This document shows positions 36,636-50,530 of a stretch of 64,000 nt of DNA, piece by piece. Below the pieces are notes generated by a model that was given only the letters and a program-made list of their open reading frames with translations, ran no database searches and was not told the DNA's origin. Positions within the stretch are counted from its first letter, which is position 1; each line of letters begins with the position of its first letter. Made by a program: the position numbers and the translations under genes. Source of the DNA: Octopus vulgaris (lineage: Eukaryota); the NCBI GenBank assembly GCA_951406725.2, contig OX597819.1:129642001-129706000 (forward strand). The letters run 5' to 3'.

Positions 36636-36849
36636 CCAATCATTCGATCAGTCAATCACTCAACCAATCATTCAGTCAATATGTGCGCGCTTCTATGTAT
36701 GTATATATGCACGTATACACGCACACACACGCGCGCACGCATATATTCACATCATTTGTTATATACTTATTCTGTGTTATTTTCAGGTATTTAAAAAAAA
36801 ATAATTACATTCTAATGTTAAATACTTCCTTAGACATTTTTTTACATAG

Positions 36850-36892
<43 letters not shown>

Positions 36893-37121
36893 CACACATG
36901 CATATATACATATACGTATATAAAATTGTGTATGTATGTATGCATTTATGCGTATGCTATACACATACATAAAGATATATATATTAATATATTGTACACA
37001 TACACACTCACATAAAGCGTACATATACGCATGCGTGCCCACACGTACGCCATTCCTCACACCTCACACAGATGCATAGTACTTAAAGCGTTTATATAAC
37101 GCATATATATACATACATACA

Positions 37122-37172
<51 letters not shown>

Positions 37173-37963
37173 ATGTTCATATGTGTATGAGTTTAATCGC
37201 TTGAGTGAGTGAATTTGGAACGTTTGTGTGCGTTTTCCCCTCCACCAAAACCATCGTACATGGCTGCACTTGCACCCGACCTCCCTCTTCGTGTTTATTT
37301 AATAATCTACATATATTTCAAACCGATCGTTTCACCCATATCGTTATCGAACATAATAAATAAGCGAGATTTACATATTTCACAGATTTTTCACTGCATT
37401 TGTTACCTTTGTTCAAACTTTTATGAGCAACATGAATGACTGAGTGAATGGTTAAATCGCATGCATTAGAGAGAAAATTTTCAATTCAAGATTTATGATG
37501 AAAGCCACATCGCTACATAACGTAGTTTATTTTTCAATAGTAACATCGCCGCCATCACCACCACCAACGCCAACACCACCACCGTGGTCTTCATCACTAG
37601 CATGGTCATCACAAACATTACGAATACCACCAACACCAACACCATCATCAACAACCCTACCACTTCGTCCAATGTATCATCACGCATCGATTCCATCACA
37701 TAGGTAGCAACTTGTAAAGATTGTATAGCAATGAAGCCGTAAATTTCCGTTTAGGTCTGTTTATGGAAAGTCTTCGACAATGGTTATGTATATTTTTGAA
37801 AGGCAATGATTTATTGTTTCGTAAGATATTAGGTATTTTTTGAATGACTTTGCATAATAAATATATTTTACACCGACCGACACATATAATAAATGAGCGT
37901 CGTTTTGTTTATTAAATGGTTGAGACAAACAAACTTCTTTCCCTTTACAAATTATAGGACATT

Positions 37964-37994
<31 letters not shown>

Positions 37995-38301
37995 TACACA
38001 CACACACATATCGTCATTTTATTTTGTTATTGTTCCCGTTAATGTTATATATATATATGTTGTATGTGTACGTGAATGTTTCTATGTATATATAATGTGT
38101 GTATCTATGTATGTATGTATGTATGTATGTATGTATGTATGTATGCATGCATGTGTGTATGTATATATATACACACATATATATGCAGAGCGAGAGAGGG
38201 AATGAGAGAGCTTAGTAACAGGAACAACAACAATGACAGCGATGACGCCATTTAAAATGGCTTCTTTTGACTAACCATAAAAGCATTTAGCAGTAGAACA
38301 G

Positions 38302-38335
<34 letters not shown>

Positions 38336-38765
38336 CACCACCACCATCAGTACTAACGGTAGAATTACTCGTAGTGGTACACCACGAACTACCATGGAAA
38401 ATGAAACGGTTGCAGGCCCCAAATGTATGTACCAGTTGCTCAATAGATGGGAGATCTGTCTAATCTAAGTTCCGTTAGAATTCAAACATAGTGGGCCCGA
38501 ATTCACTAAACAAATTCAATGGAATATGCTTGCTAACCCGAAAAGATTTCGTATAAACATAAAAAAAAGCTCTTGATACAGAGGACGAAGAAGCAGCTTA
38601 CACTTTGAGGCTATTTCAATCTATGTCAACCGCATGATAAAAGAAAAAAAAATGGATGAACATTAGCAAAAAACAAGGCAAAACAAAACAAAAGAAGCTA
38701 AAACAAAATTGCAACTGTTACTCATACTCGATGGTGATTTGGTAGCATGTGATACGCTTTCGTTA

Positions 38766-38900
38766 AAGCTGAGTGGACTGGAGTACGTGGAATGAAGTGG
38801 TTTGCTCAAAAGCACAACGCATCTCCCGACCCAAGAATCGAAACCAAAATCTCACGATCATGGGTCTAACATCCTAAACATTAAGCCACGCACTTCCACA
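38766..38900 (-). mobile_element. Old tRNA-derived SINE with a CORE-like segment
   Basis: - strand gtggaagtgcgtggcttaatg...ggtttcgattc...tgagcaaaccacttcattccacgtactccagtccactcagct. Confidence 0.5.
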
Positions 38901-39059
38901 CTAAAAAAACAATACCAGTGTGTGTAACATTTATGATGTATATACAAATGTAGAATGGCACGAAAGAGCAAAGCCCTGTGCTTTGTATGTAAGACAAGTC
39001 TCTTTGAGAAGTTTTTCTGAGACAAAGTATTACGTCTTCTGCCGTACTACGTTTATAAA

Positions 39060-39416
39060 TCTCTCTCTATATAAACGGCAAAATGTCTGTCTGTGTGTGT
39101 GTCGTTTATACAAATCCCCAATTTTTCAGTTAGAGGGCTCGCACTTTCTATGGTCATTCAAAACCGTCCAAGGGTCGTGCACATTTCCCCAGTTTCCCCA
39201 CAAAGCCATTAAAAAATCAATAGAAGTGACTTTTTTGTGAATTTTCTATCCAAAACCCAATCAAAATACCCGAAACCTGATACGCCAATTGAATGCCAGC
39301 TAGCTGTATGTGATTGGTCAGAGATTCCGACAGTACTCGCGTGTATGTGTGCACACACGCAGCTGTATATGCATGCACTAGCACTATGACCTGGCGTTGC
39401 CGGGCCATAGTGCTAG
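39060..39416 (+). mobile_element. Non-autonomous Helitron, copy of 6966-7341
   Basis: A|TC start, terminal palindrome, CTAG|T end, high similarity to 6966-7341. Confidence 0.85.
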
Positions 39417-40102
39417 TACATTATAAAACATTTATACACCGATATAGAAATAAAAAATAGAAATATGAAATATTGGTAGATGAAAGTAAAAACAATCATA
39501 CCTTAAATTTCTTAGTCAAATGTCCACATCACTAGAAACAGGTTGTAATAACAGAACTATTCAATAAAATCTCACACGTTTACAGCCTTATCAGAACTTA
39601 GTTCTCCGTTATCACCACAGTATAAAAGATGTCATTATATTTAAACTAGTATTCTGGAACTGACTTGGGTGTTAAAAACAACAATAACCACCACAACGTA
39701 CAACGTAGCAAATCTAAGCACATCCCACATAAACTACAAAACAGCCAATGTGCACCATTGCTGGTCGTCTGGTATTTGCCTCTCACCAAATGTTTTGTCT
39801 GCGTACCGTTAAAGACTTCAGTCTCATCGGTTTCGGAGAGAACAAAAATGGCCAAGTCACAGTCCTTTCCTCCAGGCAGAAAAATGAAAAGAAATCAAAT
39901 TGAAGAGAAGCAAATTTATTTATTCATTTATTTTATCTGTGGCCATGGTGGAGCACCGCCTTGAAAATTTTTAATTGAATGAATCGATCCGGGAACTTAT
40001 AATTTTTAAAGCCTGGTACTTATTCTATCGATCTGTTCGACCCAATCACTAAGTTCCGGGGACGTACACACACCAACACCGGTTGTCAACTGGTGGTGGG
40101 GA

Positions 40103-40196
<94 letters not shown>

Positions 40197-40849
40197 AACA
40201 CACACACACACACTCACACACAAACGCAAACACGTACGCACACACATGTATATATATATTTAGCAAGGCTTGCCCAAAGTGCCACGTAGCGCAGTTGAAC
40301 TGAACCCGGAACCATGTGATTGTGAAGCAAACTTCTTACCACATAGACACGCCTATTTACTTATTTACTTTATTTACTTTATTCGAGGCTTAGTTATGAC
40401 AAGTCGGGGGTGGGGGAGGACGATGTTAGCATCTGACAAACGATCTACCCCAAATGCTTGCAGCATAGACTCTGCCAAAGGTATCCAAGATCCAGGTAAT
40501 TCCTGTGAAGTCTAAGACTCAGTAACCAGGAATTGTCACTCTGACCGACTTGCACATAGATTCCGTCAATCGAATTCCGTTAACGAGGCTTTGGTCGAAC
40601 AGGGGCCGTAGTAAAAGATATTTACTCAAAACTCTGTGCAGTGGGATCGAATTCAAAATCACGTAGTTATTTATTTAAAAGAACAAATTATTACAATTAT
40701 AATGAATATTTTGATTGACGACGATAAAATAGTTACATCAAGTTTTTAAATAATCCTTAAAAATTATTTCTATCGTATACGGAGCAAAAGTTTTAAACAT
40801 TTAAAATTTAAATTATAATTAAAAACTGGTTTCAAATTTTGGTATTCGG

Positions 40850-41230
40850 CCAATATTTCGGGGGAGGGGACGAGTCAATTACAACGACTCCAGTGCTCAA
40901 CTGCTACTTATTTTATCGACCTCGAAAGGTTGAAAGGTAAAGTCGACCTCAGCGGAATTTGAACTTAGAACATAGGGATTCTGCCAGCTCGTAGCCTTAA
41001 TTTATAATTTAATATTGCAGAGCGATTATATAATATTATTTCTTTATTACCCACAAGGGGATAAACATAGAGGGGACAAACAAGGACAGACGGACGGATC
41101 AAGTCGATAACATCGACCCCAGTGCGTAACTGGTACTTAATTTATCGACCCCGAAAGGATGAAAGGCAAAGTCGACCTCGGCGGAATTTGAACTTAGAAC
41201 ATAGGGATTCTGCCAGCTTGCAGCCTTAAT
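40850..41230 (-). mobile_element. Two tandem, internally deleted SINE family B copies
   Basis: Both contain gaaagg(t/c)aaagtcgacctc..cggaatttgaacttagaacatagggattctgccagct. Confidence 0.75.
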
Positions 41231-41761
41231 TTATAATTTAATATTGCAAAACGATTATAAAATATAAGTGTATGTGTGTGTGTGTTTGTGCAACGTGGAT
41301 TTGTAAAATACATTGCCCAGTAAGCAAAAGATGTATGGGTCGATTCTCGTCAGTGATTTCGCTATTTTTCGACCTCAAATTTTTTGTCTGGTGGTTTGAA
41401 CGTATGTGTGTATGTGTGTGCATAATTAAATTTTTATAATTTACACAAACTAGCTAGTTGGTTAGATAGATAGATAGAATTGCGCTCTGGGTTACTCAGT
41501 TTCTTGGTTACGTATTGTTTTGAACTGGATCTTAGCCTTACAACAATGCTAATATCTTGTTAGGGCGGCTTTATTAGAGGTAACTCCCACATGAATTTGT
41601 TTTAGTCTCAAGGGACTGCTGCCATTTCTGACACTAACATATGCATACACACTTCGGCTCCGAAAAGGGAGTATATTGCATTCTTTCAAATGACAATATG
41701 ATGGATATTAACATTAAATTAGAAACTCGATCTATGAAATCACTCATTCAATAATTCTCTT

Positions 41762-42075
41762 TTATTTATTTAATTTTCTTTTTATTGACTGGGTCTGGAG
41801 AAAGGGTTCTGCGTATGGCCTTTGCAACCCCTCCGAGACCGGCGAGATCAACAAGCTTAACGTTCCTCTTGAACAGTTGCAAGTTGACGGTTGCTGGGGG
41901 GGGGGGGACAAACAAACGTGTGTAGGGTGACAATTTCAGAGGGTCGACATACTGGGTAGGAAGAGTGGGCGTAATGGTTTGGGTAGGGCCTCCTGGGCGG
42001 GTGAACATAATTTGGGTGATAAGAGTCGGAATAAGAGTAGGAGTGACGAATGAATCGAAACTCTCTGACTAGGAA
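41762..42075 (-). mobile_element. Decayed CR1/L2-group LINE 3' end
   Basis: Frameshifted NHYAHS..LPSMSTLxN...PATVNLQLFKRNV resembles a LINE ORF2 C-terminus, followed by an A-rich tail. Confidence 0.5.
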
Positions 42076-42280
42076 GCGCAGAGAAGTAGAGGCCATTGAC
42101 ATTAGCAGCAGCAGTAATAGTAGCAATAGTAGTAGTTGAAAAAGCAGAGAGAAGAAACATGTTTGCGGACCTGAAATTGACGTGTGTTTGTGATTGATTT
42201 TATGTCAATCCTTCTTTCTTTTACGGAGATGTACTTGCATAGCAAGTGACTTAATCGGAGATCGTGTACTGAAACAAAAA

Positions 42281-42796
42281 CAATTGCAGCGTGGAAGGTG
42301 TTTGTTTGTTCCTTCTCAAGCCATGCCTGGCTCATAAGGGCCGGTTTCCCGGTTTCCTTGGCGTATAGGTTCCCCACCTGGACGGGACGCCGGTCCGACG
42401 CAGATGAGCTGCAAGATGCAGGAGGAAAGAGTGAGAGAAAGTTGTGGCGAAAGAGTCAGCAGAAGTTCTCCATTACCTTCTGCCGGAGGCGCGTGGAGCT
42501 TAGGTGTTTCGCTCATAAACACACACATCACCCGGTCTGAGATTCGAACCCGCGAACCCTCCACCGCGAGTCCGCTGCTCTAACCACTAGGCTTCTAACC
42601 ACTAGTGCCTCCACTGGAAGACGTTTATAAGCCATTTAAAAACACACAAAAACTGCAGCACGGAATTTTGTCTGAACAGGTCGCGGTTTCAAAGCGACGA
42701 AAATATTTTGACAAATTAAATTTAAATGTTGAGGTGAATCTAACGGTTTTCTTTGTATTTTTAAATGGCTTATAAACACCTTCCTCGCTACAATTG
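42281..42796. mobile_element. MITE-like inverted-repeat element interrupted by a SINE
   Basis: caattgcagcgtggaaggtgttt[SINE]ataagccatttaaaaa versus tttttaaatggcttataaacaccttcctcgctacaattg. Confidence 0.55.
42305..42613 (-). mobile_element. SINE family C
   Basis: Reverse complement of 6202-6509; imperfect TSD tggaag(gt/ac)gttt. Confidence 0.85.
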
Positions 42797-43672
42797 ATTT
42801 CTTTCTCTGGATGTGACCTAAAATAAGTAGAATGTGATGCTCCAGAATGAGCGCAGTTCAAAGACTGAAACAAGTAAAACATAATGTAGTCAAGATATTA
42901 CAATTATTAAAAAATAAAAATAAAATCTAATACTCCTCTGTAATTAAAATTTAAAGCTGCATTTTATCTGCATTTGTGTATATAGAAGCAGCATATAATT
43001 ACTAATGCGGTTCTCACCTGAGCTTTGTGGAGGATTACTTGTTATAGCCGGAGTATTTTCTTTTTTGCTTTTGCTCTGAGATGAAGATTTTGCTGTTCCT
43101 TTATTCTTTTACTTGTTTCAGTCATTTGATTGCGGCCATGCAGGAGCACTCTCTTTAGTCGAACAAATCGATTTCATGACTTATCCTTTGTAACCCGAGT
43201 ACTCATTCTATCGGTCTCTTTTGCCGTACTGCTAAGTTACAGGGACGTAAACACACCAACATCGGCTGTCAAGTGATCATGGAGGTACAAACACAGACAC
43301 ACAAATACACACACACACACACACTAAACACACATATGCATAGAGAGAAGCGCAGGAGTGGCTGTGTGTTAAGTAGCTTGCTTCTCAACCACCTGTTTCC
43401 GGGTTCAGTCCCACTGCGTAGCACCTTGAGTTTCTTTTCAGTTTCCGTCTACCAAATCCACTGACAAGGCTTTGGTCGGCCCGAGGCTATAATTCCTTCG
43501 TCTGAGATAAAATACATTTTCTAGTTGAAAAATTTCTTTCTCTCAGAACATCAGATCTCTCTTCTTCCCACTACATACGATCATATCCAAACTCATAAAA
43601 ATTGTAAATGCTGACTAGTTCTTTGGGAGTAGTCGCTTCTTGGAAATGTAATGTTTTCCCACTGTTTATGAA

Positions 43673-43976
43673 GTGATCACGTGACCGACCAGACCATCAT
43701 ATGTTGTTACACATCGCTGGTCACAATGCGTTTGCATTGTTTTAGCCTTCAAATGATGCCACCCCGCTGGCTAAGCGAGCAGGTCAACAGATAAAAGAGT
43801 GAGAGAAAGAGTGGTGAAAGAGTACAACAAGGGTTGCCCCCACCCCCTGCCGGAGCGTCGTGGAGATTTTAGGTGTTTTCGCTCAATAAACACACACAAC
43901 GCCCGGTCTGGGAATCGAAACCGCGATCCTACGACCCGAGTCCGCTGCCCTAACCACTGGGCCATTGCGCCTCCAC
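43673..43976 (-). mobile_element. SINE family C with a third type of 3' tail
   Basis: Head nearly identical to 14002; tail ccagcggggtggcatcatttgaaggctaaaacaatgcaaacgcattgtgaccagcgatg differs from the other two. Confidence 0.8.
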
Positions 43977-44692
43977 ATGTTTATGAAGTATATTATATAA
44001 TTATGTTATTCACGACTGGACAGCTTCCTTCAAGGATAAATTTTAGTTCCTAAGGATCTCGCTCTTTTCTCCAGGGGTTTTGCTGTTTTGTCTTGTTAGT
44101 TTGTTGCCTCACGTTGAAGACTTTGTAGAATTCCAAGATATCGTCTTTCGTTAAAATTGTTGTTTTTTTTGCTTGTTACTACTTCATAAACATATATCAC
44201 AGCAACACCAAAGAACATCAAACATGGTTGTGTGGTTAAGAAATTCGTTTCGCAACTACGTAGTTCGGGTTCATTTTCCACAGTGTGACACTTTTATCAA
44301 GTATCTTCCACAATTTCGCAACCAATGTCTTGTGACTTTGGTTGGCGGAAACTGTATAGGAAGCAGTTGGAATGACCGTTTTGCTTCTCTATAGTGATGG
44401 GAGTGGGGGCTACACTTAATTCATCACCCGGGTCGATAACAACACCTGACCCTGGGGTCTCTTTAATGAAATCTTTCCGTTGCACGCATTCGGGTAAGGT
44501 CTCTGATCAGAGGATAACTTCTTACCCGTCTGTTAGGCTGTAGCGAATTTTTTTCTATTTTTTTTTTTGCTGTGTTAAATAGATAAGATTATTTTCTCTG
44601 GAATCATAAAATTTTCTCTTGGAGGGGATTCCTATTCCTTACCAAAAACTTTCCTTAAAAAATTTGGCATCTAATGTATATTAGTTACTTAT

Positions 44693-45107
44693 ACTCTTTT
44701 ACTCTTTTACTTGTTTCAGCCATTTGACTGTGGCCATGCTGGAGCACCGCCTTTAGTCGAGGAAGTTGACCGCAGGACTTATTCTTTGCAAGCCTAGTAC
44801 TTATTCTATCGGTGTCTTTTGACGAACCGCTAAGTTACGGGGACGTAAACACACCAGTATCGGTTGTCAAGCGATGTTGGGGGGAAAAACACAGACACAC
44901 AAACTTATACACACACACACACACACACATACATATATATACATATATACGAAGGGCTTCTTTCAGTTTCCGTCTACCAAATCCACTCAAAAGGCTTTGG
45001 TCGGCCTGAGGCTATAGTAGAAGACACTTGCCCAAGGTGCCACGCAGTTGGACTGAACCCGGGACCATGTGGTTCGTAAGCAAGCTACTTACCACACAGC
45101 CACTCCT
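44693..45107 (-). mobile_element. SINE family A, near full length
   Basis: Reverse complement of the family A consensus. Confidence 0.9.
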
Positions 45108-45226
45108 ACTAGTATGCGACCATTCGTTGAGCAATGTATTACGAATGGAATGTCTTACGAACTTGTTAGATGGAAACTGTGCAGAAACCTGCTACTATGT
45201 GTAAGCGCGTGTGTGTGTGCTCTTGG

Positions 45227-45284
<58 letters not shown>

Positions 45285-45290
45285 TTTTTA

Positions 45291-45530
45291 AATTAAAACT
45301 GCAAAAACATCACAAAAGACCGTGGCTCAGAGTTTCATGTTTCCGTTCGTCAGACAGTTGTGATGAAGACAGCCTTGATCACAATTGTCCGACGAACGGG
45401 AACGCAAAACTCTGAGTTACAATATTTTGTGATGTTTTTGTAGCTTTAGTAGAAATATATATTACTCTTCTCTCTGTATTCGAGAGTATTCTTTCCACCC
45501 TGTTTTGCATTTATGTGCCGACTCGTGTGT
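45291..45530. mobile_element. (TA)n-adjacent fold-back element with two decayed hammerheads
   Basis: Arms carry motifs at 45319-45358 (-) and 45384-45423 (+); consensus attgt-CTGACGA-acg(ggaa)cgt-GAAA-ctc(t)gag-TY-acaat. Confidence 0.6.
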
Positions 45531-45680
45531 GTGTGCGTGTGTCTGTGTATATGTATATATATATATATATATATATAGTTAATCCAAACATGAAAACACA
45601 AAGAGAAACACACAACAACGCGAGGACGTGGAACAAGTATAGTGTTATTGGACGCTCAGGAAAGGAAAGAAAGAAGGAGG

Positions 45681-45715
45681 ATTTAACGTTTCGAGCGGAG
45701 CTCTTCGTCAGAAAC
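45681..45715 (-). ncRNA. Candidate minimal hammerhead ribozyme in TA-flanked element 45577-45785
   Basis: - strand gttt-CTGACGA-a-gagc(tcc)gctc-GAAA-cg-TT-aaat. Confidence 0.6.
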
Positions 45716-46835
45716 ATAGAAAAAGGAAAGGTCCAATGAAAGGAAGACGGAGAAAGAAAATCGCCAACGATACACACGAGGTCATATATTGAATGACCAT
45801 ATATATATATATATATATACATAGTTCAAATTTACAGAAAATTTGAGGGAACAACAAACAGGTGTATTAGTTTGACGGTCGGGAAGAATGGAAAAGTCTT
45901 TGATGTTTTGAGTCTTTGATGCTAAGTGGAAAAAAATGGAGAGAGAAAAAATGTGTCGGAGAGCAGGAGAGCTCGTTCATGAATGATTTAATCTTACCCG
46001 TGTTTTACAAGCGAATTCAGATACGTCATGCGATAATTGTTACCTAAACTATTGCTTAACGTGATTTAAACTCCAAGTGTTCAGGGGAAACCTCTAATCC
46101 GTTAGTACGCCGGGCGAAATGCTTGGCGGTGTTTCGTCTGTCGCTACGGTCCGCCAAGGTTGGCTTTGCCTTTTATTCTTTCGGGGTCGATGAAATAAGT
46201 ACCAATTACGCACTGGGGTCGATATAATCGACTAACTGCCTTCTCACAAAATTTCCAAGGCCTTGTGCCTAGACTATCGAAAAGTGAAGGAAATTGGAAT
46301 ACAATGATTACTTAAAGCACTTTACATATACACTTTATATACTTTATACACAATTTTATAGATTAATACAAAGCACTCTCCTTCTTTCTCTTTTACTGTT
46401 CGCCTTACCACCTTTCTTTCGCTTTTGTGTTTCCTTCAACTATTCACGTGAAAGTGTTACAGACGGGCTAAGTAACGGAGGTAAACAAATTTAGTTTTAA
46501 AAAATTACACATTTCACTCAACACCACCTCTTCCCTCCTATTCCCTTATCTCTCCTCCTCTCCTCATACATATAAACATACACATTTATACACACACCTC
46601 TTCCCTCTCCCTCTTCCCTCCCATCACACCCAACTTTCCCTCCTTTCTTCCATTCCTTAGTTCCTCCCCTACCCCTTTCTTCCCTCCCCCTCCTTCCTTC
46701 ATGTGGAAGCGTTACGGACGGGCTAAGTAGCAGAGGAACAAACAGAATTATTATAAGATTGGCGTTGGGGGCTGGAGGTTTTTCCCGTACCGAAGTTCGA
46801 TAAGCTGAAAAAAGTTATATATATATATTTAATGT

Positions 46836-47160
46836 AGGATAAAATTTTTTCGGAAAAAAAATTTTATCAATGGCCAGCATATTAAAAAATACCGTTAAAG
46901 GTTAAAATTATAAACAACTTATAAATAAGGGCAAACGAAAAAAATTCTAATGCCAAATATGCCGAAAATTGGACATATTGTCCATTAGCATATAATTTTT
47001 CACAATACGCATATGGTAATAATGGAATTTTTTTAGAAATTTCTGTCGGCCTTTTTTCGAGTAGCGTGCGTATTGTGAAAAATTATATGGTTATGGACTA
47101 TATGTCCAATTTTCGGCATATTTGGTATTAGAAATTTTTTCGTTTGCCCTTATTTATAAG

Positions 47161-47162
<2 letters not shown>
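46836..47162. mobile_element. (TA)n-embedded fold-back element
   Basis: Arms about 46916-47011 / 47067-47162; terminal motifs taggataaa...tggccag...ataaataaggg shared with 16221-16330. Confidence 0.6.
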
Positions 47163-47210
<48 letters not shown>

Positions 47211-47474
47211 TGGTTTGGTGATGCAACCAGGAAATATAAAACGTGTCTATCTGTATACCTGTATATATATGTATATGTGTGTGCATATGTATATGTATGT
47301 GTATATATGTATATGTATGTATATATGTATATGTATGTGTATACACACATACACACACACACATATATAATCCTCCTTCTTTCTTTCCTTTCCTGAGCGT
47401 CCAACAACACTATACTTGTTCCACGTCCTCGCGTTGATGAGTTTTCTCTTTGTATTTTCATATTTGGATTAACT

Positions 47475-47701
<227 letters not shown>

Positions 47702-48052
47702 CACACACACACACACCTTATTCGTATTTACGGGTACTCTCATTTACATGTGTCTAAGTAGGCACAAATTTTCCTTATTTGTGTATTTATGTATTTGCTT
47801 ATTGAACCGCTCTCAACGGCTAAACTATATGAAAACAAGAATCATCCACGTGACGTTGTAATTGTGCTTATAATGTGTTCCAGAACTATCCAGGGAAATT
47901 CCATTATCACCGCTATATAAATTTACAGACACTCAATTTGTAACCAGTTTGAAAAGTGCTAACACACGACACGCTCAGCCATTGAGTCACTCTGTTGCTT
48001 CTGCTATATATATACACACACACACGTATATGTGTGTATGTATGCATTTATG

Positions 48053-48104
<52 letters not shown>

Positions 48105-48108
<4 letters not shown>

Positions 48109-48421
48109 TAAAAACGGTAAGATAACAAAAGAAAGAAAGAGACCTCAATATTATGTAAATAGTGGAAATTTATCTATAAAATAATATGTACATTTACTCG
48201 ATAGTCAAGATAAAACTCTGAGTTTCAGATGCCGAAGTGGAAATCCACAACACCATCTCTTCGGTTATCTGGCTATCTGAAAAACGCTATGAAAAAGATA
48301 ACGGTATTTTTTCATAGCGTTTTTCAGATAGCCAGATAACTGAAGAGATGGTGTTGTGGATTTCCACTTCGGCATCTGAAACTCAGAGTTTTATCTTGAC
48401 TATCGAGTAATGTAACATATT

Positions 48422-48424
<3 letters not shown>
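48105..48424. mobile_element. (TA)n-embedded fold-back element
   Basis: Arms about 48181-48296 / 48307-48424, extension 48105-48180, TA tracts on both sides. Confidence 0.7.
48334..48396 (+). ncRNA. Candidate type-I hammerhead ribozyme
   Basis: agataa-CTGAAGA-gatg...gtgga(tt)tccac...catc-t-GAAA-ctc(a)gag-TT-ttatct; 6-bp helix I. The mirror arm has the mutated core CCGAAGA. Confidence 0.62.
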
Positions 48425-48512
<88 letters not shown>

Positions 48513-48538
48513 CATCTGAATCTAAATTTTGCTGAACT

Positions 48539-48574
<36 letters not shown>

Positions 48575-48606
48575 TATATTTACGCACACACACATATATA
48601 AACATA

Positions 48607-49120
<514 letters not shown>

Positions 49121-49316
49121 ATGATGACGCATGAACATGCACACATCATACCCACGAATTTGCTTATGCATCGATTAAGTCACTTATAGAACACGCTCAC
49201 ATACACACATACACATACATGCACACATGCATACGCATACATTCTCCGTGGCCTCCTACAACCTGACACATACATATAAACAAAACATTTATACACACAC
49301 CAGTAAACATACACGC

Positions 49317-49386
<70 letters not shown>

Positions 49387-49734
49387 ATATTCGGGCATAT
49401 ATACACACTCACCGATAACCATGCGTGTACACACACACTTGACGCCAAACATCTGGCGGCATAATTTTATGACATCTTTTGATTCAGTAATATTTCACCC
49501 GTTCCCCACCCGTCTTGCCTGTCTAGGAACCCCCACCCTCACTTGATTCTGCAGACAACACCAGTCTCCCACCGCCCAAACACATCCACTCCATTCAGCT
49601 GCTGAATTTCTTAATTCTTCTTGCCTAATTTCTTTACCTAACTACAAGCCAAAGAGGGAGCACCCTTGGTTCAGTTAGAAACAGCAGCCAAATCTCACTC
49701 AAATCATACTTTGTCGTCTTAAAAAAGGATGGAC

Positions 49735-49904
49735 AGGCGTGGCTGTGTGGTAAGAAGTTTGTTTCCCAACCACATGGTTCCGTGTTCAGTCCATTGCGTG
49801 GCACCTTGGGCAATTGTCTCCTACTATAGCTCCGGGCCGATCAAAGTTTTGTGAGTGGATTTGGTATGCGGAACTGCAAGAAACCCTTCGTATATATATG
49901 TATG

Positions 49905-49937
<33 letters not shown>

Positions 49938-50022
49938 GTATGTATATATATATATGCATATATATATGTATTTATGTATGTATGTATGTATTTATGTATA
50001 TATATATACATATATATGTATA

Positions 50023-50076
<54 letters not shown>

Positions 50077-50356
50077 CATATATATACATATATATATATA
50101 TATACATATATATACATATATATACATATACATATATATATATATATATACATATATATACATATAACGGGAAGCTTTATGAAAATAAACAAAAGAGGAA
50201 GGCAGGTGGAGTACAAACAAACAATTGTATTAGTATGGCGCTCAGGAATATAAACAAAACAAGTCTTTTACGTTTCGAGCCTACGCTCTTCAACAGAAAG
50301 ATACACAGAAAAGAAACACGGAGAGAAACAAGGAGAGAAAAAAATGCGTGCAGCAG

Positions 50357-50412
<56 letters not shown>

Positions 50413-50528
50413 ATATACACACACACAAATATCTATGTACGTGTGTCTTTGTGTCTCTGTTTGACCCTCCCCACCAGCTTCCCTCCGTTTGACAACTGGT
50501 ATTGGTGTGTTTTCGTCCCCATAACTTA
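49735..50528 (+). mobile_element. SINE family A split by an expanded internal (TA)n and a nested element
   Basis: Head 49735-49890; body resumes near 50440 (tttgacaactggtattggtgtgttttcgtccccataactta). Confidence 0.7.
50264..50301 (-). ncRNA. Hammerhead-like motif with variant core CUGUUGA in TA-flanked element 50167-50358
   Basis: - strand tcttt-CTGTTGA-a-gagc(gtag)gctc-GAAA-cg-TA-aaaga. Confidence 0.5.
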
Positions 50529-50530
50529 AC

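Noticed and set aside
35852-37015. 387-aa His/Ser/Thr/Leu-rich ORF
   Set aside because: Translation of a (CACT)n microsatellite.
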